A stretch of 64,000 nucleotides of DNA, taken from assembly GCF_964204645.1 (NCBI RefSeq), contig NC_134026.1, positions 13,638,050-13,702,049 of the forward strand, written 5' to 3'. The DNA comes from Tubulanus polymorphus (Eukaryota > Animalia > Nemertea). The position numbers and the translations under genes were made by a program. The notes beneath the pieces are model-generated. The model was not told the DNA's origin. It did no database searches and saw nothing but the letters and a program-made list of their open reading frames with translations. Shown piece by piece: positions 27,140 through 37,639 of the stretch. Numbering within the stretch: the stretch's first letter is position 1; the number at the start of each line of letters is the position of its first letter.

Positions 27140-28510
27140 CTGAAAAGAAAAGAATTTCATATTATAGGGGAGTGTCTAATGAGAAAATCATAAGACTAGA
27201 ATGAGGCAAAGCCTCGGATACCCCCGGCCTGAAATTCACCACCATGTGAAGTTACAGGGTTTGTGGTAAATGCGTTAGAAATGTAATGGCCACAATTATT
27301 TTATAATAATGATATTGGAGAACATGTGTACCAAGTGTAAAAAATTGATCAATAGTTGCAGCCTTTAGGCTGTTTCCCCTGATGGCCATAATTTGAATCA
27401 GTCCACAATTGCGGCCTCTAGGCGGTTTAAAAAAAATGGATCAACAATTGCAGCCTTTAGGCTATAGAGTTCATTTTAAATGTCGGCCCCCTGGTGGTCA
27501 TTATTCGAATCAATCCAATCTCAAATAGGATTCGGGGCCAAGTGATACCCTACTTGTGTACCAAGTTAACAACAATTGCGGCCTCTAGGCCGTTAATGTC
27601 GTTTTTCATCTTGGCCCCCATGTGGCAATAATTTGAATTGAATCAACCCAATTTTGAGAAGGCCTCTGTCCCAAGTGATATCATACTTGTGTACCAAGTT
27701 TGAAATGATTCGGTCAACAATTGCAGCCTTTAGGCCGGGGGCATAAAAATTTGTGTAAAACAGAACTGAGTACAGTCAGTGCCTATTAATAGTACAGAAT
27801 GATGGGTTCAGTCAATGGTCCATACTTGAACTCAATTTTCAATAAGGGGTAGACATCTCACCTACCAAAATTCTTACACCTAGTATGATGAAAATGCATC
27901 AATAATTGCATTGCAGGCCTTATACCTTCATGACGCAATAGAAGAAGAATGATCCAGTATTCAAAGTTTTACAGAAAGATTTACATTGTAACGATGCAGG
28001 TATATAAACTGCCTATTTTTGTAACTTGCTCATACAGTTGCTCATGAGCATTTTTTGGGTTTTGTAAGTTGCTCACATCTACTGAGGTGAGCCAGTGTAT
28101 GGTTTTTGAAAGTTGCTCACATTTACTGAGGTGAGCCAGTGTAGGGTTTTTGAAAGTTGCTCACATCTACTGAAAGAGTTTTTCAAGTTGCTCATACATT
28201 CTTAAAATGATTAAATAGGCCTATCAAGCTACCAAATCTTAAACTTAACTACACCAACTATTCAACTATCTATAACATTGTATAGACTAATTTTACTCTA
28301 AAATACAGATGTCTCTAATTTGCTTTAGACTAATTTAGCCTACTTACTTACTCTTAAAGCTCACTCCCTAATTAGCCGTAAGTCCCTATCAAATTTCCCC
28401 TAATTGCCTTAAGACTGATGTCACCCTAAAATATAAATTTCATTAATTTGCCTCTACACTAGTATACTGACTAGTATACAGTTTACTTTAAACAATCAGG
28501 TGATAATATG

Positions 28511-28544
28511 TATAAAAGCCTTGCTTCAGTGTGGTATATCAGTC
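28511..28544 (+). promoter_or_regulatory. TATA box plus initiator upstream of the NRF1-like gene
   Basis: TATAAAA at 28511 and TCAGTC with its A at 28541, a 30-nt spacing. The ATG is at 28591. Confidence 0.6.
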
Positions 28545-28590
28545 GGAAAACTTATTTTGTCATGGACACGTATATATTTAATTATCATTG

Positions 28591-30329
28591 ATGGATACCG
28601 CTACGCAACGTGCAGTTAACCGCATTGTAAAAGGTGTAAATTCGTATGTGAAGGACACATCCATGGATGCTGGAGCTTTTTTTTTTTTACACAGATAAAA
28701 TAACCAAACAAAAAACACTAGGAATTGTTGGATCGCCATTAATGCGCGCAGCGTTCGAGGAGAACAAGGACATTATTGCGGAGTCTATTGCCAATGGATT
28801 AACTTCAGTGACGGTAATACCTCCAGGGGAATGTATAACTGCTCTAGTTGTGGAGTTTAAGTTACCTAACATAATGATCGACTATGGGAAACCACTGTCC
28901 CGATTACCACTGACAGATTTACGGGTGATAATTTCAACTGTGGTGTTAATATCCAAATTGATGGACAATCCAAATGCTGAAAAATTGCCTCGATGGGGAA
29001 ATGAGAGTAAAAGAACGCCATGGTGGCCAGCGGATTGCAAGTGGCTAAATCCGAGATGTGACAAAAGAGATGCATCAGAAAAAAAGGGAGAATCAGCAGC
29101 AAATGTGTGTCGCAGAATAATCACTGCGGCATATAGATATCATAACGTATTGAGTCTTACTGGTAAGTCTATTAAATTTTATGATTTATGATAACTAGCA
29201 GGCCATTACCATCAACAAACACAGGGAACCTCCCTGAACAGACAGGCCACCATCATCATAAAACATAATTTTAATCTTATTTCATTTCTTATTTATGCAG
29301 GTGATGAGAATGGTCTTAGCAATGAAGTCACCTCTGCTACAACCGTTGATGCTGCATATATAAACAGTACATATGCAATCCCCAGTGACCCCGCTACTCT
29401 GTTAAGTATGTAATAAAAATCATTTGCTAAAATTAAATAACATCTATTTGATAATCATATATTGCAGTATCTTGTATATTGCAACCTCTACAATTATAGT
29501 TTAATACTTTTTTGTACTTTTATACTTCAGTTGAAGACTTCCCAACCAGCACCAGTAATGAGACGTATATTTTGCCTCTTAATTCGACATCCGAAGCCAC
29601 TGAAATTGATAACTTGGATATTGGTAGTAAGTATATAAGTAATATGCATTATTAATGCTATTAGTGAATTCATGTACCCATTATTGTGTATATTTTACAT
29701 TCACAAAATAATTTAGATTGTTTCTATTTTTCCGATTCATATTTGATATTTTTGCCAGTAGGTTTTGCTTGTAGATAATTTTGTACCTATTTCCATTTTC
29801 AGATGTTTCTAAAATCATAGAGGCAGTGAATAATGCAAGTGATTTAATGAACTTGAATTTTTCATCCTTACTGGTGGAAAGTGTTGGTAAGTCTTATTTT
29901 GATTTTAAATTGATAATGAAATGTCACAAAACAGCTTCCCTTGAATGATTGTTCTATTCAGTAATTATTCTGTTATTTAAATAGAAAATAGATATAGTGA
30001 AGAGAAACAAGCTGATGGTTCGCTACATACTCCGAATACTACTATGATTTGTGACAATATTCAGAACCATGCACATTCGGACAGTATTCCTGCAGGTAAA
30101 TTGAAATTATATCCTTTTAAGAGGGATGAGATAATCAGAAAGAAAACAAGAAATTTGCAGTTTATGTGTTTGCTCATATTTTTCATTTCTTTTTCAAACA
30201 GATGTGACTAGAGATTTGTCCAACAGCACTCAGAATGTTGCACCAGTCCGCCAAAGTCGTGCCCGAAAGGTTACCAAAAGAATGGAGGAATGGAAGAAAA
30301 TGGAAGGGAAACGTCGACGAATTGTTTAA
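28591..30329 (+). CDS. Transposon-borne NRF1/P3A2/erect-wing-like DNA-binding-domain protein, 6 exons, ~365 aa, one frameshift in a T12 run
   Basis: Exons 28591-29162, 29301-29405, 29531-29626, 29803-29886, 29985-30095 and 30202-30329; all introns are GT-AG and phase 1. LPNIMID..LTDLRVII..LPRWGNESKRTPWWPADCKWLNPRCDKRDASEK..CRRIITAAYRYH aligns by eye with recalled NRF1 LPPLTID..TQAQLRAFI..KPGWGKESCKPIWWPEDIPWANVRSDVRTEEQK..LRTIVKNCYKQH. Confidence 0.85.
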
Positions 30330-30462
30330 TTCTAATTGTCAGACATGTAAATATTCAAAATTCGATGTATATGAGTATTTTAAACTTTTTGATCAATATA
30401 GTTATTGCTTGCTTACAAATGATTGCTTTCTTTCCTTATCAGCATATAAACACACACCATGG

Positions 30463-31374
30463 TAGGGTCCCTACAGATCATTCTACAATCATTCTAGAAT
30501 TCAAGGACTTTTGAAGGATAAAATTTCAAATTTGAACGAGTGTCTGCATCACTTTCATATCCAAATTACGGTCCTAAAACGGTACTGCTTATCTTGGTAA
30601 ACCAGTAATTTGGTGGTTGTAAAAGCAAATTTTTATCTTTTACCCTACTACACTTGATTTCTAACTGTCTAATTGAGTAAAAAAATCCTAGTTCCAACAG
30701 TACCGATTTAGGAATAGTGTATCTCTTCTGTTCAACTACAAACGTAAACAAAAATGTACAGAAATGAACTTAAAATTCGCTGATTGAACATTTTGCAAAA
30801 CGTTTATCATAAGTTTTCGGAAGCCAATCCTTAAGGTCTGGATCCTGAAGCCAGTTATCATTAAATGCAGTTTCCCCGTGGCATTTTGAAGAATATGATA
30901 GTGTAGATGTGTAACGAATAAAGCCTGATGTATTCGAGTGATACATAATTACTGTCTCAACTAAGAGTGAAGCAACACTTTAAACCCTTGAAAATACTGA
31001 TTGATTAAAATAACAGACCCGCTAATCAGTACTAATTTCCCAACCAGGCAGTCTTAATTAAATAATGCTGAACAATTCTGAACATAGTTCTTTTGTCCAA
31101 GAGATACAATGAGAACCACAGCAGACACTATGTATTAATCATACTACAATTAGCTGGTGAAAGACTGTGTGTATGGGGCCTATGACTACTAACTAGGCCT
31201 AATCTTGGAAAACACTTGTAACCTAAACATTTTCTCATTGCCAATTTCTCAAAATTCAAGGAGTTTTCAAGGACTTTAGGGCATTTTGCTCCAATTAAAG
31301 GATATTCAAGGACCTTGAAAAACATTTTTGGTTTAGAGGAGTTTTCAAGGAATCAAGGACCTGTAGGGACCCTG
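30463..31374 (-). mobile_element. Non-autonomous hAT-like element nested between the two KDZ genes
   Basis: TIR agggtccctacag / ctgtagggaccctg with flanking CATGG(T) duplication. A minus-strand relic FNDNWLQDPDLKDWL..AKC resembles a hAT BED-finger N-terminus. Confidence 0.7.
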
Positions 31375-31913
31375 CATGGTGTAATCAGTGTAGAATATAA
31401 CACTGTAGAACAATACTTGGTCCGTGGACAAATATGCATCAAGTGATAACATAGAGACATAATCTTGAAGAAACACTCTACGGTATTCATGTTGCAGCGA
31501 CAATTCATAAAAAAAATATTGCTTGTGTTTGATCAGTTTCATTTTCTGAGCGTGTCAAAAAAAGTTTGTCAGTAAAAAATTAAAATGCGCATCCCGCATG
31601 CAGAAATGTTTTCGTTTTTTTTCACTATTTGAATTTGGATTAAGGCTTGTCACTTTTCCAAAAAGGGCTGATGAGAAACAACGGTATTTCTTCATATGGC
31701 CTAATCCCACAATAATGATTAAGAATAAGTCAGAAATGTTTCCTTTGAGCTAATGTCTTATTCGATTTCAAGTTTACAAAAATATTCCATGTTTAATTAA
31801 TTATATTATTTACAGAAAGAAATTTGTGGCAAAATACAGAACAATTCAGGTAGGCATAGTGAAACCTGGTAAATGTGTTATGATACAATACATATTTCAG
31901 ATTCAATTTTTTT

Positions 31914-34900
31914 TTACAACTTTACATTTTTATCCTGATTTTTAAGGACCAGAAATAGTGCTACATGCCGAACAAAGTTTTCTGGCTTCATGTAAGCAAG
32001 TTGACTTTTCAGGCGAATAAGTCCCGAATTAGCTTTTTCATTCAGTTGTGAATTAATATTGGAAAGATCCACATTGCTGCAGTAAGTGTCTAGTTTATAG
32101 CCAGCACAACACCTACAAAATGGAAAAAAATTTGATACATATATACATGACGAGTAGATGAGGTGATGAAAGATATAATTCACGAGATAATACATACCCT
32201 GTATGATTTACCCAATGCATTCTGTCCACACAAAATATAGTGTTCTTGAAAAATTCTGGTTCTCTGTAATTAGAATAATTAATGGACTTACTTCAATAAC
32301 AATCAACCTCGGTTAATCGCTATCACTTGGGACTGAGCTCTTTAGTATCGATAACAGGTAATCCGTTATCTATGAATTACTTAATATTTCTATGATCAAA
32401 TATAAGTGCACGGGCCAATTGCCTAAATGCTTACCTATTAAGAGCATATTGATGCAGCTTGCATGCATTATCATGCACGATCATAGACGGTGGCCTGGTG
32501 AATCTTGTCTTAAATATTGAAAATGGAAATCGTGGCGATTCATGAGACTCCATGGCCTATAATACAATATACAAACGAATTAACAGATACAGGGTAAGAG
32601 GTAATTGCTTTTAAAAAGAATAATTCGATTGAATGAGTATATTCACCTGAAATCCATAGCAGATTCCATGCGGACAAAACACAGTAAAAATCCCTGGTGT
32701 AAGAACCCTGTGGCGTTTTGACATCTTATTACAGGCATCATCCCGGCACATGTCATTATCCTTCTTATCATCCATTACATATGCTGCATCACTAAAAAAA
32801 CATATCTGCCCTTATATATCACATTGACAAATGAAAAACATGTTGAACTGAAATTACATTAATAATACCATTACTTTATCAATAAATCTTCCTAATCACA
32901 GAAAGTATTCATTACCTGTGGTGTTTAGGTAAACTCGGGAAAAATGACAAACTCTTGAAAAGATTTTCGTATGGAGCTGGTGTGTATATATAATCCTTGT
33001 TGCACTGCAATCAAAAGTAAATCAGACCATAAGCTCATCAGGCATTATCTAAAATATGTATTTACGATGTAACGAAAACTTCTCACATTTTCTCTAAATT
33101 ATCATCCATTAAAAATTCATTACCTTAAAACAAGCTTGTATTTTCTTCAGAAGTTCTCTTATCAAATCAATGTAGTCATTATACAGGTTACCATCTGATA
33201 AACTCTGACTGATAAACTCAATCAGTATAGGTGCATCTATCAGTAGCTGATTAAGTATCTCTGAATTCTTACTATCAAATGTTTCAGTTATCTCGGACAG
33301 CGCGTGATCCAACATATCTATGACGCGATCCAAATCATTGGTCTGTAGAAGAGCACATGCTGGACCGTTGGCACTGATTGCTTGAAGGAATTTTGTCTCG
33401 GATGATTTACAATTTAATGAGTTTGAAGCGGACACTATATTTTTGAGCGGGTTAAGGTGTTCATATTTGCTGATTTGCAGAATTAAATCCTGCTTTTCTT
33501 CTGGTGTCAGTGGTAAAGGAGATCTTGGTTCTACGTGAGTTTTCGACGAAACCTTCGGCCCCCAGGCATATTGTGAAAGTAATTTTCTCGCTTTGTTGTC
33601 TGGTACAAACACTCTATCTTGTGTGCCTGAAATCCTCGTGCCTGCGTTATGAAAATTCATCAACTGTATCGACTTGAGAAAATCTTTTCTAAAACCCAAA
33701 TCAACACCGTCGCAAACAATAACCTAGAAAAGAAAACCTTTATTACATATATTTCCAGGAACCCTACTGTCAAGTTGGTATTTTCAATCAGTCAATAATT
33801 TACCTGAGGATGTTTTCCACACCAAACGCATAGGAATTTTCTAGCCCAATCAAAATCTAGCAGATGCATCAGACCATTCCATGCACGCTGAAGCGTATGG
33901 AGAGGAATAATAGGAATCTTGGAAAGCGTTCGTGATGATCTTGTCAAAGCTCTTAAAAATAAATTCAAATTAGACTAATCCCTAAATTAGAAATCATTGA
34001 GTTGTAGTATAAAGTATCTAAAACAGCAAACCTGTGGAATGTTGAGAGGGCACCTTCCATCTACCATCAAATGCATGTATTTAAACAGCATGCAGTAATC
34101 TACAAGGTCTTTGTTGTTGATATTCAGGATACCATCTGTATTTCCATCGTAGAATTGTTTACATTGACAAACTTTTTCTTTGGTCGGACGGAAATATACT
34201 AGAAAAAATTGAAATGGTTAAAGTTAATCACTTACAAGTAGAAGAGATTAAAACACGTTTCTATAATAGAAAATTCATACTTGAAAACTTGGTGAAAACT
34301 CCATTTAGAAACTGTCCATCAAGTGACCCGAGCTCAGTGTGAATGGTACATGTACCACTTTCCAATTCATTAAAACAGGATCACGTTCATCCCAAACATT
34401 TCCATGCTCACATGTACCACCAGTCTTTGTCGGAATAAGATTCGATGGAAATGGCATTCCCCTGCTGCGTTGACCAAGAACAGTTGCAATTTGATCACTA
34501 CAGGGATATGACACATTTTCTGTTATTAATTTACGAGTGATTACTTCTGATTCATTAGTGAAGTCCTCTATTTGAGTTTCTGGATATGGAATAGATTCAC
34601 TGTGACACCAATCACGATAGCGAGAAATGTGATCGCAATGACTATTAAATCTGCATTCCTCGCATATTAATTTCTTCAAACGTGGTTGCCAACGGATAAC
34701 ACTTGTCTTATCATCCAGAGTCACACTGACAACTAGAGGAGAAACTGACAACTGATTAACAATGCAAACATCCACGGGATCACTGATATTCTGCACATCA
34801 TAAAGCTTATTAACGGCATACGCATGAATGCAATACTGATTTTCTTCGCGTTTCATGAAAGTCGATACAGTTTCACCCTCGACTGCCCTTTTAAGAGAAA

Positions 34901-35719
34901 GAAGTCGATTTCTGCTGAGGTGTGCATTCTTACAGCTACATGTTAACACTTTAAATCCCTCTCCAACACAGAAAAACTGTAAACTATACAAAACAACATG
35001 CACATCTTTCAGAATAGTTCCTTGATCATTGCTATCGGCTACAATATACGTTTGGCCGTTTATGTTCCAATGGCGATGAGTCTTCTTCAGTTCACCTACA
35101 TAATACACGTGCAGACCCAATTCCAAGTCAACTGCAAGAACGGTGTCAATATGCCTATAAGAAAATATAGAACGGATATGAGAAATATATTCATTTTTCA
35201 ATAGATGTGAAACCTTTCATTTAATCACAAACATATTATTTTAAAGGAAATTTTTTCATTATAGACAAGTAAGAAGTATTTTTTATCTTTAGGGTAGACA
35301 CTGAGCAACTTTCATGAGCAGCTCCCATAAAATTAAAATACCTGAGCAAGTAAATGAGCGGCGTGCATAAATGGCCTACCCACCTGACCTGAGCAAGTAT
35401 ACATGAAAAGCAACTAGTTTCTAGTGTAATTAAGGCCATTACGGCATTAGGCCTATATATAAAATGCTGTGCTTAGAGGCTCATTTAGCTACATAGCAGG
35501 CAAGGATTCACAACGAAAAATAACTTACTGGAGAGATGTCGCAATAATTACGTCGCTGCTTGACGACGACGGTGTGTTTGTCGTTCGTTGACGTTGTTGT
35601 TGCCGACCATTTTTTTTGAGAACTGCGACTGTGGTTCTACGTTTTTTTGGTTTTGGATTACCAGCACTATCTCCGACTCCGGTGCCAGCGATCATATCAT
35701 TGTATGATCGCCGAGGCAT
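31914..35719 (-). pseudogene. KDZ transposase, 10 exons, about 2 apparent frameshifts
   Basis: Exons 35719-35529, 35154-34281, 34198-34032, 33951-33804, 33723-33124, 33004-32916, 32791-32647, 32556-32435, 32263-32198 and 32112-31914. Motifs include SWIM-like CSC..CIH, FLCVWCGKHPQVIVCDG, TPGIFTVFCPHGICYGF, ESPRFPF, MIVHDNACKLHQYALNREP, DRMHWVNH and NSQLNEKANS. Confidence 0.88.
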
Positions 35720-37639
35720 TCTAAGAAAATCTATCTATGGATATAACCTTTCTGCGTGAGTAGTAGTGCAACGACTTCGAACTTTCTGCTCGGATATTGT
35801 CTGATTAAACGTAAGCCGGCAGCGCCCAGTGACACAATTCAATTCAATAAAGATTTATTGCAACCAGGTTACGGAAATAGGTTTGAATCCCGCATGCAAC
35901 AAATATTTTTCCTGCAACGTGCGCGTAGCGTATGATTGTAAAAATCATAATCATACAATAAAACTTTATTTATCAGATTAATTTTGCAATAAAACTTTCG
36001 AGTAAAAGTCAATGAAGTACAGGCTCGCACAAACTGATACCGTCTACGCCTACGGCACGTCTTTCGCGAATTGCTTTCTACTCGATGATGAGCAGTGTTG
36101 ACTGCTCACCCAATGAGCAGTGTTGACTGCTCACCCAGGTCCGCGAGCCGAGCGATCTGCCGTGCCTGAGCAGTTTACAGTGCTCAGCATGAGCAGAAAG
36201 CAATTCTTAGAAATGCTCATGCGCAACTCATGTGAGCAACTTACAAAAAGCACTGAATTTTATAGCTCAACGATGTAACAAGTTTTAAAATAGTTAACAT
36301 GGCTATGTGGCGATAATGTTTATTTTCTGTTAATATATCCTTACATGAAAAGACAAGTCCATTTTAGCTGCCCCATAGATCACACTACATGAAAAAATGC
36401 ATTAAGAATTGGTGTAGGTATCAAGCTGGAAAGAAATCTAAGATGGATAGCAACCCTGGCAGCCATACTTGAACTCAATTTTCAATAAGGGGTAGACATC
36501 TCACAAATTTCTTACACGTAGTATCTTGAAAATGCATCAATAATTGCAGGCCGTTTCGTGCTAGAAATTCAAGATGGCTGACCTGACGGCCATCTTTAAA
36601 AGCCGATGACCTCTATATACAATAGGCATGGACAGCTTACCTACCCTGATCCTCACACCAAATTTTGCGGAAATCCATCAAGAATTGTGGGCTTCATTGT
36701 GCAAACAAAAAATTCAAGATGGCCACCACAATGGCAGCCATATTTGATCACCAATGCCTTTTTTCACAATTGGGGTGGACATCTCGCCAGACCCAATCTT
36801 CAAGCTAATTTTCAAAAAGATTCATCGCAAATTACAGGCGAATAACTGTGTCGAATTCAATTCAATTCCAGAGGTCCTGGCTTAGGCCTATGCAATAGGA
36901 GTCAATTAAGATTCGACTTTTTGAAGAACCAGCACAGATACCTATTCAAATCACATGTAATTCAAAAATTCAGTGCTTCTTAGTTTGATGTCCCTGTTTT
37001 CATCGCGCACATGGTTTATATTATTGATTATTGTTTACAGTGAATGTCTTCAACAGCTGATACAACCGCACCACCATCCGTCAATCATCTTAATTGATTC
37101 ATATACTAAAATGCTCACTATAAAAAAACTATGCGGTGAATCAATCCAGAATTTTTCAGTAGAATGTCAGTTACTAGGTACCTTTCTTTAAAGGTTTATT
37201 TGTTGTATGTCATTAACAATCAGTTATATAATACTTTATTCATATACTCAAGCAAGATCAGTCAAATAAGCCAGCGATAACACAAAACAGACCATGGTTT
37301 TCCCAGTTAAGAGCGTCTCTCCACATAAATTAGAGGGACTATAATGGACCATTTGTTGACAAACGTGAAACTAATATGGCTACAGTCGAAATTAAAACTA
37401 GTTACTGACGAAAATATGGAAATAAACAACTATATCATGGAATAGGCCTATGTTAAGTGCTATTTCAAAAATGTATGTGTGGCACTATTTTAAGCGCGGA
37501 CTAATACTGTTTTACTTCTAGACAGGGGTGGCGCTAATTAAAAGTTTCAATTTTTTTATTTCAGCAATATCTAATTAACCAAATAACAAAAATTCACCAT
37601 ATATGAACTCAACCTTCTATGTTTCATATTTAAACGACT

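Larger units (their letters stand above)
27997..36268. mobile_element. KDZ (Kyakuja-Dileera-Zisupton) DNA transposon with two convergent genes
   Basis: Imperfect TIRs of ~57 bp. TSD TAACGATG (27989-27996) / CAACGATG (36268-36275), with 7 bp exact. The empty-site paralog at ~9601-9640 has a single taacgatg. Confidence 0.9.

Noticed and set aside
28591-30329. The host NRF1 ortholog
   Set aside because: It is far more diverged than orthologs normally are, lacks the recognisable NRF1 N- and C-terminal regions, and lies inside TIRs with a TSD. No gene symbol was assigned.
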